This document shows, one piece after another, positions 51,601-63,793 of a stretch of DNA of 64,000 nt. A program made the translations under genes and the position numbers. The stretch's first letter is position 1, and the number at the start of each line of letters is the position of its first letter. This DNA comes from an uncultured Acidobacteriota bacterium (GTDB taxonomy: Bacteria > Acidobacteriota > Thermoanaerobaculia > UBA5066 > Gp7-AA6): positions 62,406 to 126,405 of the forward strand of contig CAVPSG010000001.1 of NCBI GenBank assembly GCA_963708395.1, in the 5' to 3' direction. The notes under the pieces are model-generated. The model was not told where the DNA came from. It worked only from the letters and a program-made list of their open reading frames with translations, and searched no databases.

Positions 51601-52707
51601 CGAGCACGCGCGTCCACGCGCGCGAGCCCTTCGCGCAGGCGATCGACGTCGTAGCCGAATCCGAGCCGGATCGCGCGGCCGCCTCCGAGCATGTCACCGG
51701 GAACGACGAGCACGGACTGCTCGCGGCGGATGCGCTCGGCGAGCGGGGTCGGAGCGATCGGGAGACGGTAGGGGACGAAGGCAATCGCGCCCGCGCGCGG
51801 CGGAATCCAGTCGAAGACGTCCGGACGGCGGGCGACCCAGCCTTCGAGCTCGGGCAGTTGCCGCCGCAAGATGCCGCGCGTGCGCTCGAGAAGCGCCTCC
51901 CGGCGCGCCGGCTCCATCGCGATCGCGGCGAGCTTGTCCGACAGCATGCCGGGCGTCAGCGTCAGGTAGTCGTGGCGCCTCCAGATCTCGGCGATCGCGT
52001 ACTTCGGCGCCACGACCCATCCGGTGCGCAGTCCCGGCAGACCGAAGGCTTTGGAGAGACCCGACGTCACGATCGTCCGCTCGTAGCGGCCCCAGAAGGT
52101 CGGCGTCGTTCCGCCCGCGACCTCCGCGCCGCGGTAGATCTCGTCGGCCACGAGCCAGGCGCCGACACGCCGCGCGGCCGCGACGACCGCGTCCATCTCC
52201 TCTTCGGTGAACACGGCGCCGGTCGGGTTGTTGGGGTTCGTCACGAGCACGACTCTCGTCTTCTTCGTCACGGCCTTGCGCAGGCCGTCGAGGTCGAGCG
52301 CCCAGCGCTTGCCGCGCGCGGTCGTGCCGCAGACGGAAAGCCGTCGCGTCCGCCCAGTGGCGCGCGAGACCCCAGGCCTGCAGGTAGTTGGGAAGCAGGA
52401 TGGCGGCGCTCTGGCCGGGCTCGAGAAGCGACCAGAGGACCGCGTGATTCGCCTCCGCACCGCCGTTGACCACCGTCACGTTGTCGGCCGTCGCGTCGGA
52501 ATACCAGGCGGCGATGCGCTCGCGCAGCTCGCGCGAGCCGTCCGAGCGCGGATAGGCGAGGCGCGTCGCGAGGAATCGCTCCGGAGGCTCGCCGTCGAGG
52601 AGCTCCTGGACCGAAAGGGGAACGACGCCGCTCTCCGAGAGGTCGTAGGCGACCTCCTTCTCGTAGACGCACTGCATCCGCTCCATCCGGAAGGTCTCGA
52701 TTCGCAT
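51591..52707 (-). CDS. PLP-dependent aminotransferase class I/II (one indel)
   Basis: DLSESGV, NPNNPTG, ADEIYRG, SGLSKAFGLPGLRTGW. Confidence 0.9.
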
Positions 52708-52737
52708 GAGCGCCTCCGGAATCGAGCCTAGCAGACG

Positions 52738-52763
52738 AAAAAGAAAGCCCCCTCGCGGGGGCT
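52738..52763 (-). terminator. Intrinsic terminator on the minus strand
   Basis: Minus strand agccccc-gcga-gggggct followed by ttcttttt. Confidence 0.8.
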
Positions 52764-52892
52764 ACGAAAGAGGAGATCGGCGATTACTCGCCTTCTGATC
52801 TGTTCTTACGGCGCGGGAGACCCCGGCGTTGAGGCCGCGCAACGCTATCGAACGCTGGGACTTGCGTGTATTTTGTGCGACGCATGCCTCCC
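52738..52892 (-). ncRNA. Candidate structured RNA or attenuator leader (or 33-aa sORF at 52784..52885)
   Basis: Consecutive hairpins on the minus strand with G-U pairs and GNRA loops, ending in the terminator. Confidence 0.4.
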
Positions 52893-52906
52893 ATGGCCGA
52901 GGGACC

Positions 52907-54095
52907 TTGATCCGATTGACGCTCAAGCCCGGCCGCGACGAGTCGGTGCGGCGGCGGCATCCCTGGCTCTTTTCCGGGGCGGTGGCGTCGCGCGAGGGAG
53001 ATGGGACCGACGGGCTCGCGGAGGTGGTCGGGCCGAAGGGATCGGCGCTCGCGCGCGGCGTCTATTCTCCCGGCTCGCAGATCCTCGCGCGCCTCTGGAC
53101 CTTCGACGGCCGCGCCGTGGATGGCGCTCTCTTTCGCGAGCGGTTCTCGCACGCCTGGAGGCTCCGGGAGGCCGTGGTGCCGTCCGACACGACCGGCTTT
53201 CGCGCCCTGAATTCCGAGGGAGACCTCTGCCCCGGAGTTCTCCTGGACGTCTATGGCGACACGGCCGTCCTCGAGCTCCTGACGGAGGGCACCGAGAAAC
53301 AGCGCGCCGCCCTGGAGGAGGCCGCGCGGGGAATCGTCGGATCGCGCCGCCTCGTCGTGCGGTCGAGCGGAGCCGAGAGGGACTCAGGCCGAAAGCGCCC
53401 CTCACCCCGGCCCTCTCCCCGGGGGGAAGAGGGAGAAGAGGATCTCTCGTCGTTTCTGGAGAACGGTCTGCGATTTTTCGCCGACATCTCCGCCGGACAG
53501 AAGACCGGCTTCTATCTCGACCAGCGCGAGAACCGCGCGCGGCTGCGGGCGATCGCGCGGGAGAAGACGGTCCTCAACCTCTTCTCCTACTCCGGCGGCT
53601 TCTCGGTCGCGGCGCTCGCCGGGGGCGCGCGGCGCGCCGTGGACGTGGACTCCTCGGGCGAGGCGCTCGCCCTCGCGCGCGAGCATCGCCGCGCCAACGG
53701 CCTTCCCGCGCCCGACGCGGACTTCGCCGAGGAGGACGTCTTCGAGGATCTCCGGCGCCGCGTCGCGGCGGGGGAGCTCTGGGACGCGGTCGTGTGCGAC
53801 CCGCCGGCTTTCGCCAAGAAGCGCGCCGACGTGGACCGGGCCGCGCGCGGCTACAAGGACATCAACCGCCTCGCGATGAAGCTCGTCTCGCCCGGAGGGC
53901 TGGCTGCTGACGTGCTCCTGCTCCGGGCTCGTCTCGGCGGACCTCTTTCAGAAAATCGTGTTCTCGGCTTCCGTCGAGGCGGGCCGTCCGTTCGCGATCG
54001 TCGCGCGACAGGGCGCGGGGCCGGATCATCCCGTTTCGCTCGATTGCCCCGAAGGGGAATACTTGAAGGGTCTATGGCTCGCGGCCCGCTCCTGA
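52907..54095 (+). CDS. RlmI/RlmK-like rRNA methyltransferase (indel near 53905)
   Basis: RRRHPWLFSGA (PUA), NSEGD..PG, GQKTGFYLDQRENR, VLNLFSYSGGF, CDPPAFAK, DHPV..PEGEYLKG. Confidence 0.88.
53398..53435. repeat. Palindromic repeat element inserted in frame
   Basis: cccctcaccccggccctctccccggggggaagagggag, encoding PSPRPSPRGEEG. Confidence 0.7.
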
Positions 54096-54868
54096 TGCTG
54101 CTTTTCGCGGCGGCGTTCGGCTCCGCGAGTGATCGCGCGCCCCGGCCCGAAGCGCCCGCGAGCGGCTCTCGCATCCTCGTGTTCACGAAGACCGCGGGCT
54201 TCCGCCACGCGTCGATCCCCGATGCCGTCGCCGCCGTGCGACTTCTCGGCGCGGAGAGCGGTTTCGAAGTGGACGCCACCGAGGACGCCGCGACCTTCTC
54301 GGACGCCGCGCTCTCCGCGTACGACGCGGTCGTCTTCCTCCTGACGACGGGCGACGTGCTCGGAGAGGCCGAGCAGGCCGCCTTCGAGCGATACATCCGG
54401 AACGGCCACGGCTTCGTCGGGGTCCACTCGGCGACCGATACGGAATACGGGTGGCCGTTCTACGGCGAGCTCGTGGGCGCGCCGTTCGCCGGCCATCCGG
54501 CGATCCAGCCGGCCACGGTGCGCGTCGTCGATCACGTCCATCCGTCGACCCGGCCGCTCCCGGCGAGCTGGCCGCGCGTGGACGAGTGGTACAACTTCGC
54601 GTTCAACCCGCGGCCCAAGGTGCAGGTTCTCGCGACGCTCGACGAGACGACGTATTCCGGCGGCACGATGGGCGCGGACCACCCGATCGCCTGGTGCCGG
54701 TTCGTCTTCGGCGGCCGTGCGTTCTACACGGCGCTCGGGCACACGAGCGAGAGCTACGCGGAGCCGCTCTTCCTCGCGCACCTGCTGGGCGGCATCCAGT
54801 TCGCCGCGGGCTATCCGGACTGTGGAACGCCCGCCGCCCGCGTCCCGCGCGCCGTGCCGCCGCGGTGA
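54074..54868 (+). CDS. ThuA-domain secreted protein
   Basis: ILVFTKTAGFRHASIP, GFVGVHSATDTEY, DEWYNF, DHPIAW, RAFYTALGH. Confidence 0.9.
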   Translation: MARGPLLMLLFAAAFGSASDRAPRPEAPASGSRILVFTKTAGFRHASIPDAVAAVRLLGAESGFEVDATEDAATFSDAALSAYDAVVFLLTTGDVLGEAEQAAFERYIRNGHGFVGVHSATDTEYGWPFYGELVGAPFAGHPAIQPATVRVVDHVHPSTRPLPASWPRVDEWYNFAFNPRPKVQVLATLDETTYSGGTMGADHPIAWCRFVFGGRAFYTALGHTSESYAEPLFLAHLLGGIQFAAGYPDCGTPAARVPRAVPPR

Positions 54869-56001
54869 CGTCGCCGCGGCTCGCGATCCTCGGCCCGGCG
54901 CCTCCCGATCGGGGCGGCATCGCTCGGGAGACGTCGCTCCTGGCGCGCGCTCTCGGCGCGGGCGGGCCGGTCTCATACTTCACCTTTTCGCGGCCCTACC
55001 CGCGCTGGCTCGACCCGCGCCGCTTCGCCGACTTCTCCGACGCGGGGCCGTCCCCGGCCGTGCCGATCCTGGACTGGCGCTCGCCGCTCTCCTGGCGCCG
55101 GACGGCCGCTGCCGTCGCCGAATCCGGATCGTCCGCGCTGATCGTCCCGTGGTGGATCGCGTTCTGGGGCCTGCCGGATCGAGCCGTGCTGCGCCGCCTC
55201 GCGCGCCTCCGGCCGGGCATCGCGCGCGTCCTCATCTGCCACAACGTCGACGACCATGAGGCGACCGCGCTCCATCGTTTCCTCGCGCTCGGCGCGTTCC
55301 TCGCGGCCGACGCGTTCTTCGTCCATTCCGACGAGGCGCGCAAGAGAGTCGAGGCCCTCGTTCCCGGCCGCCCCGTCGCCGTTCATGCGCTTCCCGCCGC
55401 CGAATGGGCCGCGCCCGCGCGCGACGACGCGCGCCGCCGGCTGGGCATCGCCGGGCCTCTCGTGCTCTTCCTCGGGCTCGTGCGGCAGTACAAGGGCGTG
55501 GACGTGCTGCTCGAGGCGGCGCCGCGGATCTCGCGGGCGACCGGCGCCCGCGTGGCCGTCGTCGGAGAGAGCTTTCCGGACGCTTCGGACCTCGAGAAGC
55601 GTCTTGCCGAGGCGGCGGCGCGCGGCGAGATTCTCCGGCGCGACGCTTACGTCCCGGAGGCGGAGATGGACGACTGGCTCGCCGCCTGCGACGTCCTCGT
55701 GCTGCCGTACCGGAAGATCTCGGGCAGCGCGATCGCCGCGCGGGCCCTCGCGGCGCGACGCCCGATGGCCGCGGCGCGCGTCGGCTCGCTCGCCGAGACG
55801 GTCGTGCCCGGGCAGACGGGGGAGCTCTTCGAATCGGGGGACGCCGCCGGCCTCGCCGCCGCCGTCGGAACGATCCTCGCTCGCGGTGCGGAAATCTACA
55901 CGCCGGCCCTCGCGCGCGCCGCCGGCATCGCGACCTGGGAGAGCTATGCGCGGACGCTGCGGGCGCTCGCCGTTTCGGTCTCGACCCGAACGGACACCTG
56001 A
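54865..56001 (+). CDS. Glycosyltransferase family 4
   Basis: GPAPPDRGGIA, ICHNV, LFLGLVRQYKGVDVL, ACDVLVLPY. Confidence 0.85.
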   Translation: MTSPRLAILGPAPPDRGGIARETSLLARALGAGGPVSYFTFSRPYPRWLDPRRFADFSDAGPSPAVPILDWRSPLSWRRTAAAVAESGSSALIVPWWIAFWGLPDRAVLRRLARLRPGIARVLICHNVDDHEATALHRFLALGAFLAADAFFVHSDEARKRVEALVPGRPVAVHALPAAEWAAPARDDARRRLGIAGPLVLFLGLVRQYKGVDVLLEAAPRISRATGARVAVVGESFPDASDLEKRLAEAAARGEILRRDAYVPEAEMDDWLAACDVLVLPYRKISGSAIAARALAARRPMAAARVGSLAETVVPGQTGELFESGDAAGLAAAVGTILARGAEIYTPALARAAGIATWESYARTLRALAVSVSTRTDT

Positions 56002-56016
56002 TAACCTCTGCCCCGG

Positions 56017-57189
56017 ATGGATCTGGACCTCACCGAGGAGCAGTCCCTGCTCCAGTCCTCCGTGCGCCAGTTTGCCGAGGAGCGCGTCCGCCCGCAGGCG
56101 GCCTCGATCGACCAGAGCGGCCGCTTCCCGCGCGAGCTCTTCGCGGAAGCGGGAGAGCTCGGCCTCGCGGGTGTGTGCGTGCCCGCAGCCTCCGGCGGCG
56201 CCGAGATGGACACGGTGTCCTATGCCGTCGCGATCGAGGAGATCTCGCGCGCGTGCGCGAACCTCGGCGTCATCCTCTCGGTCAACAACTCGCTCGTCTG
56301 CGACCCGATCGATCGCTTCGGCAACGAGGACCAGAAGAAGCGCTTCCTGACGCCGCTCGCGAAAGGCGAGAAGCTCGGCTGCTTCGCGCTGACCGAGCCC
56401 AACGCGGGGTCCGACGCCGCCAACCAGCAGACGCGCGCCGTGCGAGAAGGCGACCACTACCGCATCTCGGGCCAGAAGGTCTTCATCACATGCGGCCAGG
56501 AAGCGGACGTCTGTCTGCTCTTCGCGATGACCGATCCCGCGAAGAAGGCCCGCGGCATCTCGGCCTTCCTCGTGGACGCGGACTCGCCCGGCTTCGACCG
56601 CTCGCGGCATCAGGTCAAGCTCGGCGTCAACGCCTCGGGGACGGTCGAGATCTTCCTGACCGACGTGCAGGTCCCGGTCGAGAACCGGCTCGGCCGCGAG
56701 GGGGACGGATTCAAGATCGCGATGGCGACGCTCGACGGCGGCCGGATCGGGATCGCGGCGCAGGCCGTCGGCATCGCGACGGAGGCCTTCGAAGCCGCGC
56801 TCGCTTACGCGAGGGCGCGCCGGGCGTTCGGCAAACCGATCTCGGATTTCCAGGTGATCCGCTTCTACCTCGCCGACATGGCGACGGAGCTCGACGCCGC
56901 GCGGCTCCTGACCCGGCGTGCCGCCGCGGCCAAGGACGCGTCGAAGAAGGGGACCGGCCGCTTCGGGTTCGAGGCCGCGATGGCCAAGCTCTTCTCCGCC
57001 GAGATGGCGCAGCGGGTGACGACCAAGGCGCTGCAGATCCATGGCGGGTACGGCTATACGAAGGAGTACCCGGTCGAGCGCAATTTCCGCGACGCGCGCA
57101 TCACGGAGATCTACGAGGGGACGAGCGAGATCCATCGGCTGATCATCGCGCGCGAGATCTTCCGGGACGCGGGCCTCGCGATCGGATGA
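56017..57189 (+). CDS. Acyl-CoA dehydrogenase
   Basis: CFALTEPNAGSDAA, TLDGGRIGIAAQ, QIHGGYGY..ERNFRDARITEIYEGTSEI. Confidence 0.95.
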   Translation: MDLDLTEEQSLLQSSVRQFAEERVRPQAASIDQSGRFPRELFAEAGELGLAGVCVPAASGGAEMDTVSYAVAIEEISRACANLGVILSVNNSLVCDPIDRFGNEDQKKRFLTPLAKGEKLGCFALTEPNAGSDAANQQTRAVREGDHYRISGQKVFITCGQEADVCLLFAMTDPAKKARGISAFLVDADSPGFDRSRHQVKLGVNASGTVEIFLTDVQVPVENRLGREGDGFKIAMATLDGGRIGIAAQAVGIATEAFEAALAYARARRAFGKPISDFQVIRFYLADMATELDAARLLTRRAAAAKDASKKGTGRFGFEAAMAKLFSAEMAQRVTTKALQIHGGYGYTKEYPVERNFRDARITEIYEGTSEIHRLIIAREIFRDAGLAIG

Positions 57190-57197
57190 GGGGCTCG

Positions 57198-57910
57198 ATG
57201 CCACAGACGCGGATGTTCCGGGACCGCGTGGTCTCGATGGAACAGACCCTCGAGGGGGGGGAGAAGCATCTGGAGCTCCTGAAGGCGCTCTGCCTCGAGG
57301 CGCTGCCCGGATTTCGCCTATCGCGAGCACGTCCTCGACCACGAGCGCGACCTCTTCGTCATGGTGCTCGAGGCCGCCGACGGCCGCCGAAAGAGCGTGA
57401 GCTGGACGCGGATGGTGCTCTTCGACGCGGAGCGCCTTCCCGCGATCGCCGCGGAGCCGTCCGCGGCGCTGCGCGCGAAGATCGTCGAGTTCCTCCGCGG
57501 GCGCGCGAGTCGGCCCGGAGATCGTGGTGACGTTCCGCCATCTCGAAGAAGGCTGGAGGACACGCCGGAGCCGAGGCCCTCGCGGCGGCGCCGGCGTCGC
57601 CGGCGACGCGGGGGAGCCCCGGACGGCCGCCCGAGCGCGGCGGCGCGCCCGGCCGGGCCCGGAGAGGGCGGGCCGGCGACGTCGCCGGCGGGCCGCGTCC
57701 CGCGCCGCCGCACGGCCGCCGCAGCCGGCGCGGCCGCCCGCAGTCCGCGCAGGGCGCCGGCCCCGGGCCCGCGGCCCGGGCCGCCCGGCGAGGCGCGGCC
57801 GCCCGGATCGCGCCGCCGGTTCCGCCGCCGCCGCCGGGGTCGCGGCGGGGCAAGCGGAGGCGGGCGCGGTGGCCCGCGTGGCGGCGGCGCCCGACGCCGC
57901 CGGGCGCGCA

Positions 57911-57914
<4 letters not shown>
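57198..57914 (+). CDS. Hypothetical protein with low-complexity Arg/Pro/Gly tail (indels; end approximate)
   Basis: Coding-like segments MPQTRMFRDRVV.., HVLDHERDLFVMVLE..WTRMVLFDAERLP.., VTFRHLEEGW between two ACAD genes. Confidence 0.55.
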
Positions 57915-59061
<1,147 letters not shown>

Positions 59062-59065
<4 letters not shown>

Positions 59066-59479
59066 GCGACGACGGAACGGACGACAAGCCCGACTTTCTC
59101 GCGCCGGACGAAGACGTTCTGGACGACACTGCACCGGAGACCCCGGCGCCGGCGCCCGCGGCTGCTGCACCCGCTTCGGCGCGGAGGGGCCCGCGCGTCG
59201 TCGGTCGAGAGTCGCGAGCCGCTCTACCGTGAGGCCGGCGGCTTCCGCCTGCGACTCGAGCCGGCCGACCTCGCCCGCCTGCGGGAGCTGCCGGGCTCGA
59301 AGGGGAAGAGCGATCGCGAGCTGGGGGAGGAGTTCTTCGAGAAGCTGGCGCCGCGTTTCGCGCTGTCGCTCGCGGAGGACGTCACGCCCCCGGCCGAGGT
59401 GCGCGTGGTCGTCGACCCCTATTCGCGCCAGGCCTTCCTGGCGATCGAGAGGACGATCCGATCGATAATGAGTTTCTAG
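59062..59479 (+). CDS. Small hypothetical protein (acidic N-terminus plus ~85-aa domain; one indel)
   Basis: ATGA overlap with the ACAD stop; frame from 59222 reads LYREAGGFRLRL...RSIMSF*. Confidence 0.65.
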
Positions 59480-59756
59480 ATGTCTGCCGAGAACAGCAGA
59501 TCGTCTCCCCGCCGGAGCTCCGTCTTCCTCTGATGGGTGTCGATGCGGATGAGGACCGGCCCGGGCGCCGCCCCGGCGTCGGACAGGTTCTCGGCCCAGC
59601 CGTCGGCCCGGAAGCGGAGGAACTCGTCGGCGATCGCGGGCTCCTCCTCGGTCTCGAAATCCGGCAGCGTCTTCAGCGCGCGATCTCGGTCCGCGGGCAG
59701 CTCGAATCGGAACCCGCCCCGCTCGATCGATAGGGACTCGTCGTGGGAGTATCCAT
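59476..59756 (-). CDS. Small hypothetical protein, homolog of 59062..59479 (indel near start)
   Basis: TAAAAT 7 nt before ATG 59756; LSIERGGFRFEL...LLFSADI*; absent from the ORF track. Confidence 0.6.
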
Positions 59757-59797
59757 TGCGGGAATTTTACCGGCTCCCGATCGTTTCCTCGCCTTCG

Positions 59798-60447
59798 ATG
59801 ACACGAAAGAACGTCTTTTTCGCGCTTCTCGCCGTCGGCCTCCTCGGCGCCGGCGCCGGCCGTCCGCGCCGAGAGGTGGCGCAATCACTTCGACGCCGAC
59901 GCGCCCTCCCGGCCGCCGGCCTTCTTCGACTTCGTCGTGATCGGGACTCCGGCCAGGGCCAACTGGCTCGTCGTCGCAGGACCACAATCCGCCCTCGGCG
60001 CCCAATCAGCTGTCGCAGGTCGTGGAGCAGCGCCCGGCCGACTCGATCGCCGTCGCCATCCGGCGCGGCGTGACGCTCCGGGACGGCATGATCTCGGTAT
60101 CTCTGAAGAAGCAGGCGGGACGCGCGGGCGTCGTCCTCCGGATGACCTCCTCGAAGGACTTCGTGACGCTGCTCCTCGACGGCTCGACCGGCGACGCCGT
60201 CCTGACTTCCTGGCGCGACGGCAAGCCGACGCCGATCGCGAGCGGCAAGGGCGTCGTCGACAACCTCTGGGGGCGCCTCGATCTGACGCTGTCCGGTTCG
60301 GCCATCACGGCGAGCTGGAACGAGAAGGAATTGCTGCACGGCGTCGACCCCAAGCCGGCGACCGGGCAGATCGGGTTGGCCACGCAGGGGCCCGGGTCGC
60401 GACGTCCTTCGACGAGTTCGTGATCGAACGACGGCCGAAGAAGCTAG
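59798..60447 (+). CDS. Secreted beta-sandwich protein (LamG/DUF1080-like; indels)
   Basis: Signal peptide MTRKNVFFALLAVGLL; strand-rich ..AGVVLR..WGRLDLTLSGSAITASWN..GQIGL..FDEF. Confidence 0.55.
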
Positions 60448-60455
60448 CCGGCCGG

Positions 60456-61612
60456 CTACGGCGCGGCCGGCGGCACGGACGTCACGTAGCGGAACTTCCC
60501 GCCCTTCACCTGGATGATCACCGTCGCCTTGACCGGGTTGCGGTCGGCGTCGAAGGAGATCGTCCCGGTGACTGCCAGGAAAGTCGGCCGTGGCGGCCAG
60601 AGCGTCGCGTACCCGCTTGCCCTCGGTCGAGCCGGCGCGCTTGATCGCGTCGGCGACGAGGCGCGCGGCGTCGTAGGACGTCGCGGCGATCGAGTCGGGC
60701 GCGATGCCGTAGGTCTTCTCGTAGGCCGCGGCGAAAGTCCTCACGGCCGGAGTCGGGTCCTCGGGCGAGTAGTGATTGGAAAAGTAGGCGCCCTCGATCG
60801 CGTCGCCTCCGATCTCGGTGAGCTTGGGCGAGTCCAAGCCGTCCGCGCCGAGGATCGCCGCGTTCAGCCCGAGGCCGCGGGCCTGCCGGGCGATCAGGCC
60901 GGCATCGGTGTAGTAGCCCGGGAGAAAGAGGATGTCCGGCTTGAGCGGGAGGATCGCGGTCAGCTGCGCGGAGAAGTCGGTGTCGCCTTCGGTGTACCGG
61001 GGTTGGGCGACGACGCGGCCGCCGGCCGCGGTGAAGTCGTGCGCGAACGCCTCCGCGAGACCGACGCTGTAGTCGCTGCGGGCGTCGATGAGGAGGGCCG
61101 CCGTGGCCGCCTTGAGGTTGCGGCGCGCAAAAGCGGCGAGTGCGCGGCCCTGCGACTCGTCGGTGAAGGAGACGCGGAAGATGTAGTCGCCCTTCTTCGT
61201 GACCTCGACGTTCGTCGACGAGGGCGAGACCATCGGAATCCGGTATCTCTGCGCGATGGGCGCCGCGGCGAGCGAGCGCGACGAGGCGTTCTCGCCGATC
61301 AGGGCGACGACGTGATCGCGGGTAATGAGCTTCGAGACGACCGAAGCGGCCTCCGCCGCCTCGTTGTGATCGTCTTCGACGCGAAGGTCCAGGCGGACTC
61401 CGAGCACGCCTCCCGACCGATTGATCTCGTCCACCGCAAGGCGGGCGCCGTTGCGCCCGGCCTGGGCGAAGGTGGCTTGCGGCCCGGTCAGTGCGCCGAA
61501 GAACCCGACGGGAATTCCCTGGCCCGTCGGTCCCTTCTCCGGCGACGCAGCCGGACAGGAGCGCGGCGAGCGCGGAGAGCGCAGCCAACACGTTCGAAGG
61601 GGACCGGCGCAC
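60456..61612 (-). CDS. Branched-chain amino-acid ABC substrate-binding lipoprotein (LivJ/K-like; indels)
   Basis: LSGC lipobox; LTGPQATF, AVDEINRSGGVLG, FRVSFTD, DTDFSAQLT, SYDAA. Confidence 0.9.
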
Positions 61613-61701
61613 GCGGCGATTCTAAGCGCACCGACGCGGCGCTCCGGCTTTTGGAGCGGCCTCATGCCTCCTGATAGGCTTTGGCGCTCTTCGGAGACCA
61701 C

Positions 61702-63114
61702 ATGAGCTCGACGAAAACCTACGACGTGGCGATCATCGGTTCGGGGCCGGGCGGTTACGTGGCCGCGATCCGGGCCGCGCAGCTCGGAATGTCCGTGCTG
61801 ATCGTCGAGCGCGAGTCCCGGCTTGGCGGCGTGTGCACGCTGCGCGGCTGCATCCCGACCAAGGCCCTGCTCCACACGGCGGACCTGCTGGAAGAGGCGC
61901 GACATGGCGCCGACGTCGGCGTCTCGGCGCGCGAAGTCCGTCTGGATCTGGCGGGCGCCATGAAGCACAAGGAGAAGGTCGTCCGCCAGAGCTCGAACGG
62001 CGTCTCCTACCTGATGAAGAAGAACCGCGTGGACGTCGCCGCGGGCTTCGGACGCCTCGCCGGCGCCGGCCGCGTATCGGTGACGGCCGCGGACGGATCG
62101 GAGACGGCGCTATTCGGCGAAAAACATGCTCTGTCGCCACGGGCTCGGCGCCGCGCGTCGCTGCCGGGCATCGAGATCGATCACAAGACGATCCTCTCCT
62201 CCGACTCGATCCTCGAGCTCACCGAGGTGCCGAAGTCGCTCCTCGTGATCGGCTCGGGCGCCGTGGGCGTCGAGTTCGCGTCGATGTTCGCCCGGTTCGG
62301 CTCCAAGGCGACGATCCTCGAGGTGCTGCCGCGGATCGTTCCGATCGAGGACGAGGACATTTCGCGCGAGCTCGCGGCCTCGTTCAAGCGGCAGGGCATG
62401 GCCGTGTACGTGGACGCGCGCGTCGAGCGCGTGACGAAGAGCGATGGCGGCGTCGAGGTGCTCGCCCGCACGTCGGCGGAGAAGACCGAGACGATGCGGG
62501 CCGAGAAGGTGCTGCTCGCCGTCGGCCGCAAGCCGCTCTCCGAAGGCATCGGGCTCGAGAGCGCCGGCGTCGAGACCGAGCGCGGCTACATCAAGGTCGA
62601 CAAGTTCATGCGGACCAACGTGCCCGGGCGTCTACGCGATCGGGGACGTCGTGCCGACGCCGTGGCTCGCGCACGTCGCGTCGGCCGAGGGCGTCGTGGC
62701 GGTCGAGCACATGGCGGGCCAGCCGACCCAGCCGCTCAACTACGACCAGGTGCCCGGCTGCACGTACTGCTCGCCGGAGGTCGCGTCGATCGGCCTGACG
62801 GAGGCGAGAGGCGCGGGAGCGCGGCTACGACGTCGCGGTCGGCAAGTTCCCCTTCACGGCGATCGGAAAGGCCCGCATCCTGAACGAGACGACGGGCTTC
62901 GTCAAGATCGTGGCCGAGAAGAAGTACGACGAGATCCTGGGCGTCCACATCATCGGGCCGTCGGCGACGGAGCTGATCGGCGAGGCCGGCGCGGCGATGA
63001 AGCTCGAGGCGACCTCGGAGGACCTCGTCCGAACGATCCACGCCCACCCGACGCTCTCCGAGGCGATCCACGAAGCCTCGGAGGCCGTCGCAGGGCCATG
63101 CAATCCATATCTAG
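61702..63114 (+). CDS. lpdA: Dihydrolipoyl dehydrogenase (indels)
   Basis: GSGPGGYVAAIRAAQLG, GGVCTLRGCIPTK, LAHVASAEG, IHAHPTLSE. Confidence 0.94.
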
Positions 63115-63190
63115 CCCGGGGCCGCGAGCGGGCGGACCCCTCAGCCCACCACCGTCCGAAGCGGCTGCCCGGCCCGGGAAAGAGAGCTAT

Positions 63191-63793
63191 TCAGTCTAGC
63201 CCGGCGAGGTGAGTCGCAGTGAGCTGCGGGTTCCGGCTCGGCGCGGGGCTCGCGGGAACGTCGCCCGGCGCGGCCTGGACCGACGGGGCGGCGGGTAGTG
63301 CGAAGGTCTTCCCTTCGACGTAATCGTTCGGCGAGTTCGGAAATCCCATCGTCTGTCCCGGCACGAGCTTGGAATCCCACGTCGGGTTGTAGGCGCGGTT
63401 GGGATCGAGGAGCGCCGACCCGTCCTTGTTCGCTCCGGGCTGAGGGCCGCCTCCGAGAGGCCGCACCGTCGACCCGGTCGCGACGCCGCCGCCGGTCGAA
63501 GGCAGGCCGCCTCCGGTCGCGCCGATCTCGACGACCTCGCCCGGCTTCAGCCGCCTGGCGGACTCGCTCGGGGCCCCGGCGACGATCTTCTTCACGTCGC
63601 TCGCGCGGACGCTCACCAGCGCCCCGTCCGGATAGTGTCGGAAGAGAACGAGCGCTCCGTTGGGTTGAGGCTTTCCCATCGCCCACGAGGACTGACCCCC
63701 GGCGAGCTCGATCCGATAGAGATGCGAGGCGGCCTCGGCGGAGGCGGCGGGCGTCGCCGTTGCCGCGGCCAGAAGAATGGCCAGGTGGATCAT
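63191..63793 (-). CDS. Hypothetical secreted Pro/Gly-rich protein
   Basis: MIHLAILLAAATATPAASA signal peptide; GGAGG upstream. Confidence 0.65.
   Translation of the reverse strand: MIHLAILLAAATATPAASAEAASHLYRIELAGGQSSWAMGKPQPNGALVLFRHYPDGALVSVRASDVKKIVAGAPSESARRLKPGEVVEIGATGGGLPSTGGGVATGSTVRPLGGGPQPGANKDGSALLDPNRAYNPTWDSKLVPGQTMGFPNSPNDYVEGKTFALPAAPSVQAAPGDVPASPAPSRNPQLTATHLAGLD

Noticed and set aside
52895-52935. GAGGGAC..CCGAT..AAGCCCGGC resembling a SAM-I riboswitch
   Set aside because: Lacks the ATC-AGAG P1 and GCAACC/GTGC elements, and overlaps the methyltransferase coding start
52829-54868. Apparent RlmI-ThuA fusion (679 aa)
   Set aside because: An indel near 53905 joins two genes; the methyltransferase C-terminus is in another frame and ThuA has its own signal peptide
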